Below are positions 35,012 to 48,659 of a stretch of DNA of 64,000 nt, piece by piece; positions within the stretch are counted from its first letter, which is position 1; every line of letters begins with the position of its first letter. The stretch is taken from assembly GCF_004010195.1 (NCBI RefSeq), contig NC_057718.1:18757598-18821597 (forward strand). The letters run 5' to 3'. A model generated the notes under the pieces. That model saw only the letters and a list, made by a program, of their open reading frames with translations. It did not search any database and had not been told where the DNA came from. The position numbers and the translations under genes were made by a program. The DNA is from Chiloscyllium plagiosum. Lineage: Eukaryota.

Positions 35012-35530
35012 GGGGGTGATGTAAAGGCAATATCACTGGACTGGTAAACCAGCCTAGATTAGAGTGGAGCTGGAAAAGCACAGCAGGTCAGACTGATGTT
35101 TCGGGCAGGAGTCCTTCATCCTGCCCGAAACGTTGATTTTCCTGCTCCTCGAATGCTGCCTGACCTGCTAGGCTTTTTCAGCACCACTCTAATTTTGTCT
35201 CTGATCTGCAGCATCTGCAGTCCTCGCTTTTGCCTGGTAAACCAGCCTAGGCCACTGTTCTGGAGTTCTGGGTTTAAATCCCACCATAGCAGAAGGTAAA
35301 ATTTGAATTTAATAAAAATCTTTAATAAAAAATAATTCAGTCAAACAGCAACCATGTTGATTGTCATTAAAAATATATATCTGGTTCACAAATGTCCTAT
35401 AGGGTAAGAAAATCTATCATCCTCACCTGGTCTGGCTTACATGTGACTCCAAACCCACAGCAATGTGGTTGACTCTTAATTACCCTTTGGGCAATTAGGG
35501 ATGGACATTAAATGCTGGCCCAACCAGTGT
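35012..35530 (+). mobile_element. tRNA-derived SINE family B hosting the fold-back insertion
   Basis: Head tcactggactggtaa, resuming at ctgggtttaaatcccacc, then family body and tail. Confidence 0.75.
35058..35233. mobile_element. 176-bp fold-back Penelope mini-insertion
   Basis: Perfect 17-bp TSD ctggtaaaccagcctag (35041-35057, 35234-35250). Central inverted repeat gtttcgggcagga / tcctgcccgaaac. Confidence 0.9.
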
Positions 35531-37701
35531 CATCTGGCTCTTTCCCTTTATCTTTTGTACAGGAGCAATTGTGGAGGTGTTGTGAATTAAAACCTCAACA
35601 AATTTTAAATTGGAAGGAACCATTATATATCCTGGAGAGGAGAGAGATGTCCCAATTTAGTCACATCTCTGGTTTATACTTTTTGGTTTAATCAGAGACA
35701 ACTACAGTGTTGGGTAATGGAAGATCTGGTGGAGGGGTGGGGTTAATTGACCAAATTGGAAAAAGTGAGATGGTGAAAGGGAAGGGTGGAATTGAATAGG
35801 TTTTGATCTGTTGGTTATGTCAAGTCAGATTGATGAATTGATAATATTGCCTAGAGGGAACAGGAAGGCTCCGGCTTGCATGCACCAATGGAGTTTTGAG
35901 CATTACATAAATAAAGCCCCCTCCATTATTATATATGTGAAATAAAAATACTAAGCTAGGATGACTGGCCATGCATTTCCAGCTTTTTATTTTTAGTGAG
36001 TGATGCATCTTCTGATTGCTTTGGATGGAAGCTGGGTAATCTTTTCCATCCATCATCTTCAGACTGGTCTGAAATAAAAGTCGAAATGTTTGAGGACAGT
36101 CATTCTCTTTCTGAGCAGACTGTTGAGTGAAGAATGATCAACATGACTCACTAAGATGCAATCTGACTGCAAGCCCCACAAGGTCCAGGAGCTGCAACTG
36201 TTACTGACAAAGCAAATGAGTATTGTCTCTGCGAGTAATGTTGATGAGAGGCAAGGAAAAGGCACACTTTAATATTTCACTATAACCTTTGTTTCACAAG
36301 ATATAAGATGCTGCCTGTGAACAAAAACCAAAAAATAAGGAATTTCAAATCTATGGAATGTTTTTGCTAGTGTATTACTTTGAATGTGTTTCGATAAGAG
36401 AATTCACAATGCCTCTGCTTGGTCCCTCCATCTCTCATCCACCCGACAACACATTGGTTGAAAATGCTGAGGCTGTTCTGGTCTGTTACTTCTCTATTCC
36501 ATTTTCAAAAATGAGTGGAGAAATATTGTGGTTGAATTGAACATTTGCAAGTGCTTTTTCAGTCCTACTTTTCTCTTTCAACAGCATAAATTAATTCAAT
36601 AGACCAAAAAAAAAGACAATTCAGGCACAAGATAAGGATCACTCTTTAAGGGCTTAAATGGTAACCCTTTCCACTTGTTAAACCCCTTTTATGGGAGACT
36701 TTCTTGTGCCTCTACAGTAGCTCATCAGACCAACATCATCCAAAAAGAGCAACCCACAGATTAGACATCTTCTAATCAATCTGTTCAAAGCTGTGGTCAC
36801 ACAGCAGGCCTGCTTTGAAGCGAGATCTAGAGAAAGGGATAGTACCATTGCATCACAAGAGTTGTCTTGAAACCCACAGATTATCACAATGTGTGAAAAC
36901 TACGACATATGAGCACACTTAATACATTTAAAAAATCCTAAAACATGAATCTCATCCTCAAAAATATCAGTGGGCTTTACTCCCACCTTCACCAACCACC
37001 TTTCTACCACACGACCCTCCCCCACCAATATAATCTTCTTCCAGATGGATTTTATCTGAATTTCTATTATATATCTGTTGCCCAGAACTGACATGACTGG
37101 ATGAACACTTCCTGTGTTTAGGTAGTGTGGTGATTCTGTTCTGGGCAAGTAATGCAGGGAACATATATACAAATCTCACCCTGGCAGGATGTCAAATATT
37201 TGAATTCAATTGATTAAAATTGGTATCAGTAAAATAAACAGTGAAGCAGTAGGATTGCAGTAAAAGTTCAACAGGTTCACTTATGTCCTTTGGGTGAGTA
37301 AACCTGCTCTCTTTAGACTGTCAGTGTTTAGGTGACTCCGGTTGCACGTGGACATGGTTGGTTCTGAAGTTGCTCTGCCTTGTTAGTGGAAGAGAATGAA
37401 TTATGACCACGATGACGCCTAAATACCATGAGTGAATCTTGCAAAGTTAACCAATCAATCTGTTGCAAATGAACAAATGTCTGTGTTAAAATATGAGCAG
37501 AATAAAGAACCCTGCCTGCAAAGAAGGTGGATGCAGATTCATTATAAGTTGTGAAAGGGAATTAAATATACATTTCAGAGAAAATTTTGCGGAGACAAGG
37601 GGAAACAATGGAACTAATTGGATATCTCCACCAAAGAGTTGACATAGATATCATGGGCTCAATGGCCTTTTTCAGAGCTGTACCATTCCCTAATTCTTTT
37701 G

Positions 37702-38940
37702 ACTTGATTTATTATTGTCACATGTATTGAGCTACTGAAAAGTATTGTTTTGCATGCTATCCAGGCAAATCATACCTTGCATAAGTACATCAGGGCAGTA
37801 GAACAGATTGCAGAATGTAGTGTTACAGCTAGAAAAAGGGTGCAGAGAAAAATCAACTCTAATATATGAGAGGCCCGATCAAAAATCAGATAACACCAGG
37901 GAAGAAGCTGTTCTTGAATCTGCTCGTACATATTTTTAAACATTTATACCTCCTGCCCATTGGAAGAGGGTGGAAACGGGTACAACCGGGGTGGGGGAGG
38001 GGGTCGCATTTGATTATATTGGCTGCTTTCCTGAGGCAACAGGAAGTGTGGCTGGAATGGAAGGAAGGCTGGTTTTCATGATGGACTGGGCTGTGTTCAC
38101 AACTTTCTGTAATTTCTTGCAGTCTTGGGATACCAAGCTGTATCTGGATGGGATGCTTTCTATGGTGCATGTATAAAAATTGGTAAGAATTATTATGGAC
38201 ATGTTGAATTTCCTTAGCCTTCTGAGGAAGTAGAGATGTTGCTGTGCTTTTTGTCTGTAGTGTCAACATGGATGGACCAGGATAGATTGTTGATGATATT
38301 TACTCTCAGGAACTTGAAGCTTTTGACCATTTCTACCTCAGCAACATTGATACAGATAGGGGCATGTCCTTCACTCACTTCCTGAAGTCAATAACCAGCT
38401 CATTCATTTTTCTGACAGTGAGGGAACGATTGTAGACTTTACACCATGCCACTAAGCTCTCTATCTCTTTCACACACTCTGTCTCATCGTTGTTTAGGAT
38501 CTAACCCACTACGGCGGTGTCATCAGCAAACGTGTAAATGGAGCTAGAGCAGAATTTGGCCACACAGTTGTGTGTGTGTGAGGAATATAGTAGGGGGCTG
38601 AGTACACAACCTTGCAGGGCGGTGGTGTTGAGGATTATGGTGGAGAAGGTGTTGTCGCCTATCCTCACTGTTTCCAGTCTGCGGGTCTGGAAGCAGAAGA
38701 TCCAGTTGCAGTGGGGGGAGCAGAATTTGGAGTTGAGTTTGCTTGGAATTAGAGTGTTGAAAGTGGAGCTAAAGTCAATAAACAGGAGTCTGATGTAGGT
38801 ATCTTTGTTATCCAGATGTTCCAACCAGGGAGATAATGTCTGCACATTGCAACCTGTAGTGATGATAGGCGAATTGAAGTGGATCAAGGCAATTGGGAGG
38901 GTGGGGTTAATGTTGGAGATGATTCCATGAAGCACTTGGC
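37702..38940 (-). mobile_element. Rex1/Babar-type LINE RT fragment
   Basis: YIRLLFIDFSSTFNTLIP, LQGCVLSPLLYS, IYTFADDTAVVG, NFYTCTIESI and TSRFKNSFFPGVI motifs. Confidence 0.9.
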
Positions 38941-38970
38941 ATTTATCCACTAAGACCAAGAGCATCAGTA

Positions 38971-39549
38971 CAGATAGTTCTGGTATAACATGCGGCTCAG
39001 CAGCACAATTTGGCTATGATCTCATTGAAGAATTAGGGAATGATATTTTGGAGAATGCTTACCTCCAGTGGCAGTAACACAATTCCAATGGGGATTCGTT
39101 CGCATACTTTGTTCTGCGCCTGTGCGGATGTGCACACCAAAATGTCCAGGCAGTTCTGCGCATGTGCTGGTGCTTTTGCCATTCCATGCATGCTCCGGTG
39201 TCCGTGCATGCACGATATTGGTGCCGGTCTTCAAGTTGTTCTGCACATGCATGATGTCAGAGCTGACAGAGCAACTTTTTGTGAGAGGTACTGTCTCGAT
39301 AGCAGCTTTGTTACATTTTTAAATGCATTGTGTTAAATTTACTTTTGTTTTATTAGTAACTATGATTCCAGACTGTGCTATAATTTGCATTAGACTTTCA
39401 GGTGATTTTTGAGCAATTGTGAGTGATATTTTTTGCTGATCTGCCCCAAGCCCCACTTTTCCCACAGGCCCTGATATTTCTATTTAGCGATTTTCTATTA
39501 AGCATGGTTTTGCTGGAACGCAACTATGGCATTATAGGAGAACAACCTG
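38971..39549. mobile_element. Tc1/mariner (Tigger/pogo-like) MITE
   Basis: Imperfect TIRs cagatagttctggtataac / attataggagaacaacctg, each flanked by TA. No transposase. Confidence 0.65.
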
Positions 39550-39804
39550 TAATTTCTACTTCTTCCTATGCTCATGCACTCAATCACACCTCCCCTCCCA
39601 AAATTTAATAATTGGAAATTAAGTATTTGTAATAATACTGCCTATGGTAAGGAAAAAGAAACTGGAAAGGAAGCAAAGATATGCTGTCAGTAACTCTCAG
39701 TAATTGTTATAAGCTTTCATTCAATATTGCTTTACTGCTTTCACAGAGCACTTTCCTTTGTTTTGCAATGACATTTGAACTCATTTAAAAAAACGTACAT
39801 AAAT

Positions 39805-40085
39805 GGGGTGGCACAGTGGTTAGCACTGCTGCCTCATAGCACCAGGGTCCCAGGTTCAATTCCAACCTCGGGAAACTGTCTGTGTGGAGTTTGCACATTC
39901 TCCGTGTGCCTGCGTGGGTTTCCTCTTACGGTCCAAAGATGTGCAGGTTAGGTGAATTGGCTATCCTAAGTTGTCCATAGTGTAAGGTGCATTAGTCAGA
40001 GGGTCTGGGTGGGTTACTCCTTGGAGGATCAGTGTGGACTAGTTGGGCTGAAGGGCCTGTTTCCACACTGTAAGGAATCTAATCT
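39805..40085 (+). mobile_element. HE1 SINE (V-SINE), near full length
   Basis: tRNA-like head (tggcacagtggttagc, ggttcaattcc), V-domain, and CR1-like tail gggctgaagggcctgtttccacactgtaaggaatctaatct. Confidence 0.9.
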
Positions 40086-40874
40086 ATTTCTGTATGTTTC
40101 TCCAAGTGTACATTTCTTCGTTTCTTTTCTGGACTCAGTGAGCATTGAGAAACATTGTGATGTGGCTTACTGTTTGGACCCCAGTTAGCCAAAAATGCTC
40201 ATTTTGATCTTTAATTCTATTTCTGTAACTCTCTCTCACTCTACTTTCTGTAGAAGGTTGCAATCTAATCTTGAATTGTACCTTTACTGAAAATCCGACA
40301 AATCTGATAACCAACTTCAGTAATTACACACAGAATTGATGCCACATTACATTGGTATTACATCCAACAATGGAACTGATAAAGCCTGCAAACATGTCTG
40401 TATTCAGGCCAACTTAGTCATCTGCTGGGCCTTAGGACTGAAAAGCATGGAGCCTTTTTATAAATCTTTAAGCATAGTTAATCTTTTCGTGAGCAAAGAA
40501 TGGAAAGAATGCAGCATCTGAAGAACAAGTGCAGATCCATAATTTGTCTGGACGTTTTTAATAGCATTTTATGACGCTGAGAGCAAGAATGTTCTCCTTG
40601 CTTGTTGTAAAAGCTGAGAATTGAGTCTGAATATAGCTCGAGGACTGAATCATTTCATTCTTCATTGAAATATCCAAACAAAATGTGGCCCTATTGACAT
40701 CGAATTCTTTGTACATTACTGTAGAGATGTCCAAACCACATGGGCCACTTAAGTATGCCCCTCTGAGGCAACATTTAAAGTTTAAATCCATGTTTGCAAT
40801 TATTTACCGAAATTCATGTTGCTGATAAGAACACATTCCGATTTAGGATTTAGTCAACGGGGTTAAAAATAAAT

Positions 40875-41055
40875 ACAAAAGCAACAGCCAATGCTGGAAT
40901 TCTGGAACAAAAACAGAAAATGCCTGAAACACTTATCCAGTCAAACAACATCTGCGAAGGGAAAGAAAACCAAATGGATCATCGACCTGAAACATTAACT
41001 CTATTTCTCTCCAGACAGACGCTGAGTATTTCAGCAGTCTGCAGTTTTACTTCAA
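40875..41055. mobile_element. Degenerate second-family Penelope fold-back unit
   Basis: The left arm is aatgctggaattctggaacaaaaacagaaaatgc...catctg. The right arm is cgacctgaaacattaactctatttctctcc..gctgagtatttcagca. Confidence 0.5.
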
Positions 41056-42409
41056 CACTGAGAAGTTTGCCATGAGAGGCATTGGTGATGTGGATAGTTT
41101 GGAGAAGATGGGGCTGTTCTCCTTTCAGAAGAAGCAATTCAGAGGAGATTTTGATAGAAGTATACAAAATGCTGAAGGCCTGGACAATAGATAGAGCAAA
41201 ATGTTTCCAAATGATTCAAGGTTTGAGAACCAGAACCTGAAAATTTGTGGTGATAGTCAAAAGAACCAACAGCAAAATGAGGATAAACATTTTTACACAA
41301 AAAGTGCATAAGGATCTAAAATGTACTGCCTGAGTGTACATTGTAAGTAAGTACAATCATGGTGTTCAAAAGGATAAACAACTTGAACAAGCATCTGAAC
41401 AGAAACAACTTCAGATTTCCAATGTAAGGACAGTGGAGTGAGACTAGTTTGTTAGCTCACACAGATACAATGGGCTATATGGGCCTACCTGTGTTGCAAC
41501 CTTTTTAAATTCTATCATCACAACAAAACAACCCAAACTCATTTTCAGGTCTATTCAGTTCAAACAGAACAAATCAGCAAACTAGATCTATATACACAAA
41601 TGTTACTTTAGATGTAAGTTTACACTCCCATTTGGATGGGTTTGCAGGTGGCAGAGTCCATAAAATTCCATGGAAACTTTTTTCAGAGCTTGTTCTTTTT
41701 AAGTTGCAGGTGAGGCATCAGGGCAATTAATGGCAACTTCCATCTCCGCCACTATTTCACCGGAAGAAAGGCTGCGGTTGGCAACATATTAGAAACACAA
41801 CAGCTAACACTGCCCAGGCCTTGCGTAGGAAAGAGTTAATGCCTCTTTTACAGGCCCACTGTTCCATTTGGAGACACCCCATATAAATTACAGATACTTC
41901 TGCATTACCCTGGTCCGTACCCCCTCATCCTACCTTACCCTGTCCATGCCTGCCCTCAATTACTCTCTCACTGACTTGCCAGTCTGATCCCAATACCATG
42001 TTTGCCCAACACACCTTCATTTTCCTTAACATCCAATTCCATGCTAAATATTGGTAGGAACTGCATCCACGTCCAGCAGTGGTCACCACCTCTGATGGTT
42101 GTCTCGGTATAAGAAAGCTGATGGGCCATCCAATTGGCTGTCAATTCTTGGAGGCAAGGCTTCCTTCCAATTAGTGTGCCTCATCACAGGAAATGATGCA
42201 ATGTCGCATGATCTTGCTTTCTTTTGTAGAACCTCATGACAAGATGAAGCCACCGTCAGATTTCCTTTTGGTAAATTTAACATTTCAGCAGACTCAGTAA
42301 ATATTCTATAGTAGCACAATGAGATTAATATTGGACAGTGGCATGGAAAGTCAATGAAAAAGTATAAGAAGTCTCTGCCTTTACAAACAGCTTTGACTGA
42401 GTTGCAGGC

Positions 42410-45400
42410 CTGCATCTAGCTGGAACATGGCTGATTTGGTCCAAAACTTTACCACACATCACACATCAGTTCTCACTGCAAAGCCAAGCAGTGAGCAGAC
42501 CAGTACATTGTTCTATGCAATTGATGGCTGTGGAAATGATAGCTTCGCGAGGCAGGGCATTGATGAAGAAAAAACATGCAATTAAATAATAAAACAGTTG
42601 ATGCCTACTTCAATCTGCAAAAGAAAACCATTGTTTGAACAGGCTAAATTTAATAAGTGCTTACATTAACATGGGGAAAAGAGTGATACATTTATAAATG
42701 ATCTACACAGACTTGCAGAGAACTGTGAATGTGACAGCTTAAACAATGAACTAATCAGAAACAGAAATGCTGTCACAGTCTTAGACAAATCTTTGTCTGA
42801 CTACTTGCAGTTGAGAGGTGATTTTGCTTTATCAAAGGCAATTCAAATTAGCAGAGAAGCTGAGGTCAGGAGGCAAAAGTGAGTGATGATTCAGGACAAG
42901 AGAGAAAACTATATCCCAAAAACAACTGACTCTGTGGAGTATGTTACATTTAACAACAGAGAGGGAGCCATACTAAAGCAGGGGAGGCAGGAAGATTGTC
43001 CATAATGCACCACAATTAACTGCAATCAGCATGGCAGGAAAAAGCATAGGCATGAAATGGTTGACAAAAAATAGCTTAATATGGACTAGAGCTACCTCCC
43101 ATCATTGTTGCAGGTACATCTTCTACCGAATTGTATACTATACCTTTTCAGATATAGCGAGATGGAGGCATAGATCAGTTTACTATGTATCCTGTTTATT
43201 GACAGAAACTGAACAGAGATGCACAGTGATTGAGAAAAAGACATTAGCTGCTACATGGTCATGTGAGATGTTTAGACAGTATGTTCTTGATATCAAGACA
43301 GAGAGAGACAACGTATTCTTAGAGACACTTTATATTCTAAGGAGATAGCAAAATTACTTCCATGAATACAACCATTCAGACTGAGGATGATGATGCAAAG
43401 ACAGACTATGTGCCTGGCAAGTAGCATAATACAGTCGATGATTTGCTCATATCTCTGTGGCAAGGCCTGAAGAAGGTGATGTAGCTATGTTGCAGAGATA
43501 GAAATCTTTTGCAACAACTTGAACATCAATGTTACTGGCAACAAATGAAATCAGAGATTTACAAAACCTGATGAAGAATGTGATTAACTCGCAAAAGGGA
43601 TAGCCAGCATATATTCCATACAATCCTACTGTCCAATGGAACTATAGCAGAGACAATACCTCTGTGTAGTTAATGATTTATTCATCTATGACGAGAGAGT
43701 GATCTCTCTAAGGCTCAACATACTACAATGATTGTGCCAAGGATATTTGGGGACAGATGTCTCAAAGTTATTGGAAGAGATGAAGTCAAGCTGTATTACT
43801 GTTTATCATCAGGAGACAAGAAAACTATTGATGTCATTTTTGTTTCCAGCAAGTCCATGGAAATGTCTTAGGAATAACCTCTTCGAACACAGAGGTGTAG
43901 AATCATAGAATCTCTACAATGTGGAAGCAGGCAGGTCAGCTCACACTAACCCTCCAAAGAGCATTTCTCTCCCCTACCCTATCCCAGTATCCCTGAATTT
44001 CCCATGGCTAATCCACCTAGCCTACACACAATGGGCAATTTTGCATGACCACCCCACCTAAACTGTACATCTTTGGACTGTGGGAGGGAACGAGAGCACC
44101 TAGAGGAAATCTATACAGACACAGAGAGAACATGCAAACTCCACACAGACAGTCACCTGAGGGTGAAATTGCACCTGGGACCCTGATGCTGTGAGTGGAA
44201 GCAGTGCTAACCACTGAGCCACCATGCTGCCCAGATGTTATTGGTTGTAGTAGATTATTCTTAGATTAGATAGGTAGAAGACATACGTATGAAAATATGA
44301 ATTACAAGCTTGGGTAGGCATTTGGCCCCTCAAACCTGCCCCAACTTGTAATAAGTTCTTGGCTGATATGTTTATGTTTCAATTTCAATATTCCCATCTA
44401 CCTCTGATAACCTCTGATTTCTTTGCTTAATTAGAATCTATTCACCACTGTTTTAAATATCTAATGACCACACCTTCTGATGCAGAGAATTCATGAGTTT
44501 AACATCCCTCTCAGAGAAACAAATTCTCTTTGTTTCTGTTTTAAAACAGCAAACATAATTTTTAAACAATGACTCTAGTTTTGGACTCATCTATAAGATG
44601 AAATATTCTTTCCACTTCCACTTGCGCCTTTTCAAGTATGCTTAAATCAAGTCACCTTTCACTCTTCTAAACCCCAATGGAAACATGCATAGTCTGTCCA
44701 ACCATGCCTCATAAAATAACTTCCTCATTCCAGATATCAATCGAGGAAACTTCATCTGAGTTGCCTCCAATGCAAACGTCTGGAGCAGTGATTACATCAC
44801 TGAAGGATATATTTGCAACACATAGAACCCAGATCTTGTCATATCAAACAATGGACCGCAATTAATACTTTGAAGAATTAATGTATCATATGGATTTATC
44901 CATATGACGAGCTCATCAAGATTTCCTGAAATTAATGGTGGAACTGAAACAAGACTGACAGCATTGCTAAAGAAGAACAATAACATTCATTGTGATTTTG
45001 GAACTATCACTGCACTACATTCTAAAATGCTGCAGCACCATTCCAACTCCCCATCGAAAGGACAATCAGAATACAGCTCCCTATCCTTCCAAACACACTC
45101 ATGCTCTGAGTACAATTTGTTGTCTTGGACAAATTGAGTTAGAAGGGTAATAAATATTATTTCAGCCAGACATGGAGCAATGACAAAGGGTACAGCTTAC
45201 CAACTATGGTAAATGCAACCTACAAGCTCTTAACCAAGAGAGCTAGTTTGGATTAGAGATTATTCTTGTTATGGGTACAACACTCTTGGTCTTACCCCAT
45301 ACAAATTGTAAATTATAAATGATGGAGAACAGACAAACACCAGTTAGCACACCAATCCAACCTGCTACCCCATTGAAGCAGTTATTCACCTAACTGAGTT

Positions 45401-45450
45401 ATTGTGCAATAGCAGAATGAAACCCAACAATATTACATGCACCACACCGT
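42410..45450 (+). mobile_element. Decayed Gypsy element interrupted by HE1 and a CR1 tail
   Basis: Gag-like segments at 42410-42880, RNase H LTETEQRCTVIEKKTLAATWSCEMFRQYVL (~43200-43290), integrase AVITSLKDIFATH..PDLVISNNGPQ (~44785-44865). Confidence 0.75.
43896..44232 (-). mobile_element. HE1-type SINE
   Basis: The reverse complement has a gggcagcatggtggctcagtggttagcactgc head and V-domain. Confidence 0.85.
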
Positions 45451-47029
45451 AAAGCAGGAAAGATTTGCAATTAAATAGCTGTTAAAGTTCTCCAAAAACA
45501 CCAGGTAAAATTGAGAATTTTGTGAAGTGTAGGGACTTTTAAAAGTATTTTCATGTGTGCAGCTAATTTGTGCAGACCAAGATCCCAGAAACAGTAATGA
45601 AGTGAATAATTAGTTTTGATTATGTTGACCAGGTTAATAATATTGGCCAGACATATTTGTGAATGAAGAGCAGGACCAAGCAAATTGGTCCTTCAAGCCT
45701 GCCCTGGCATTCAATAAGATCCTGGCTGGTATGCTTGTGGTCCCAAATCCATTTTGCTGCCTGTCCCTAAGAGTACACACCAGCAGCACTCCATCTTCTT
45801 TCAGGGGTAATTCAAATCTGCACAAAAGTCACCACTTCCTGCTAGAATTGAGTTAAATTACTGAATATTATCATTCCACCTCCGTGGTTTCTGAAAAGCA
45901 TCATGGTGGGAGTATGAAATTTCAACAATGCTCTCATTGAACAGCATAAAACAACCAGCAGTAAAGTAATAGATTTTTGGTTTCCAACTCCTTTCTTCCA
46001 TTCTGAGTTGCAGTGTATAATATTAAGTTGCGATTCAGTTAGTGATGTGAGTGAATTGAGGTGATGGTGATGATATTACTTCCTTCAACCAATTCTTGAA
46101 TTGATTAGGTGCTTAAAAACAATTTGCTACAGTTTATAGCACTGTTTTATTTTGAGTTCCAGTTCCAGAAGTTAAATCAATGTTTTAAACCACACTGGTT
46201 GGCAGGTAAATCTTGGCGAAAGTGGGGAATGGATGAGTCAAATGGAAGGGAGCCACATTGTTGTTTGGAACCTGAAAGACACTTCTGCTTTTCTTGGCTC
46301 CAACAATAAGTGAAAAGTGGTAACTGTATCATTTGTTTCATGATCTCTGGGGTTCCCTGTAGAAATTTAAAACACAGAAGACCATTTGTCCCTTTGCACC
46401 TGTGCTGGCTCTTTGATAGCGTAGGCATGCTTAGTTCCATATCTCGATTTTTTGCCTTAATCCTGTAACTTCCTCATCCTTAGTCACTGTCCAACTCCCT
46501 TATAAAAGTACTAATGGAATCAACGTCTGTCACCTTTTCAGGTGGAGCAAATCAGATCCTGATCACTCTGAGTGAAAACTCAGTCAGGTCCCCAAGTGAG
46601 GTTGCAAGTTAACATTTTGGTGCCACAGATTGAAAGGCAGTAACAGGTACTAGGGAGTCCTAGCTAAATTACAACACCCATGGTCCTATTCTGACAGGCC
46701 CTACTCTGACAGACTGTCTTTAGCCCCACCCCCCAAGCACACCTGCTTCCCGTCATACTCTCACAGGTCTCTCTTCTCCCACCCCTACATGCACAGTTCT
46801 GGCTGAGGAGGTTGCAAAAGATTTTCAGGCTTTAAAATGGGGTCACAGTGGAAAAGATTGAGGAAATGCTGACCTGTGAGGTTAGATCTTACTTGGGTTC
46901 CAATAAAACAATTACATCTTCTCCAATCTCTTTTCATACCTGAAGCCCTCCAGTCATGGTTTCATCCTATTAAGCTTCCTCTTTCACTTTAATCATTCAC
47001 AGGCTGTCGGCATCTCTGGGGAGGCTAGC

Positions 47030-48557
47030 AAAGAACAAAGAACAAAGAAAATTACAGCACAGGAACAGGCCCTTTGGCCTCCAAGCCTGTGCCAATGCAG
47101 ATCCTCTATTGCAACCTGTTCCCTTTATTTTAAGGGTTATATCCCTATGCTCCCTGCCCATTCATGCACCTGTCTAGATACATCTTAAATTACGCTATCA
47201 TGTCCACCTCTACCATTTCCGCTGGCAACGATTTCCAGGCACCCACCACCCTCTGTGTAAAGAACTTTCCATGCATACCTCCCCTAAACCTTTCCACTCC
47301 CACTTTGAATGTGTGATCCCCAAGTAATTGAGTTCCGCATTCTGGGAAAAAGCTTCTTGCTATCCACCCTGTCTATACCTCTCATGATTTTGTAGACCTC
47401 AATCAGGTCCCCCTTCAACCTCTGTCTTTCTAATGAAAATAATCCTAATCTATTCAACCTCTCTTCAAAACTAGTGCCCTTCATACCAGGTAACGTTCTG
47501 GTGAAACCTCCTCTGCACCCTCTCCAAAGCATCAATATCTTTTGGCAACATGGTGACCAGAACTGTACACAGTATTCCAAATGTGGCTGAACCAAAGTCT
47601 TATACAACTGTAACAAGACCTGCCAACTCTTGTAGTCAATACCCCATCCAATGAAAGAAAGCATGCTGTATGCCTTCTTGACCACTTTACTGGCCTGTGT
47701 TGCCACCTTCAGGGAACAATGGACCCAAACAACCAGATCACTCAGTACATCAACTTTTTCCAGGACCTTTCCATTTAGTGTATAGTTAGTTCTTGAATTG
47801 GATCTTCCAAAATGCATCACCTTGTATTTGCTCAGATTGTACTCCATCTGCCACTTCTCTGCCCAACTCTCCAATCTATCTATATTCTGCTGTATTCTCT
47901 GACAGTCCCCTTCACTATCTGCTACTCCTCCAATCTTAGTGTCATCTACAAACTTGCTAATTAGACCACTTATACCTTCCTCCAGATCATTTATGTATAT
48001 CATAAACAACAATGGTTCCAGCACGGATCCCTGTGGAACATCACTGGTCACAGTTCTCCCTTTTGAGAAACTCCCTTCCACTACTACTCTCTGTCTCGTG
48101 TTGCCCAGCCAGTTCTTTATCCATTTAACTAGTACACCCTGGGCACCACACAACTTCACTTTCTCCATCAGCCTACTATGGGGAACCTTAACAAACACCT
48201 CACTGAAGTCATGTGTATGACATCTATAGCCCTTCGCTCATCAATCAACTTTGCCATTTCCTCAAAAAATCTATTAAGTTGATAAGACATGACCTTCCTT
48301 GCACAAAACCATGTTGCCTATCACCGACAAGCCCATTTTCTTCCAAATTGGAATAGATCCTATCCTTCAGCATCTTCTCCAGTATCTCCCCTACCACTGA
48401 CATCAGGCTTACCAGTCTAAAGTTACCTGGATTATCCTTGCTACACTTCTTTAACAAAGGGACAACATGAGCAATTCTCCAGTCCTCCAGGTCCTCACCT
48501 GTGTTTAAGGGTGCTGCAAGGATATCTGTTAAGGCCCCAGTTATTTCCTCTCTCACT
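47030..48557 (-). mobile_element. CR1 LINE ORF2 3' part with 304-aa open RT stretch
   Basis: ORF 47284..48198 (VPQGSVLEPLLFMIYINDL, ISKFVDDTKIGG, WQMEYNLSK, LEYCVQFWSP). Frameshifted upstream (EDWRIAHVVPLLKK). (ttctttg)n tail. Confidence 0.9.
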
Positions 48558-48659
48558 AGAATTTGTTGTCCATCCATAGCTGCCTTTAAGAAAGTGTGCT
48601 GAGGATCCACTTTAAATACAATGAAGTCCTTTGATAGGCATTTCACTCGAGCTAAGACC

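Noticed and set aside
39805..39875. tRNA gene (also heads at 20245, 26760 and 44170-44232)
   Set aside because: The A/B boxes run directly into SINE bodies, so these are SINE heads.
47284..48198. 304-aa ORF as a functional or domesticated gene
   Set aside because: It is an ordinary CR1 RT segment, frameshifted at both ends, with the catalytic motif reading FVDD and no endonuclease domain.
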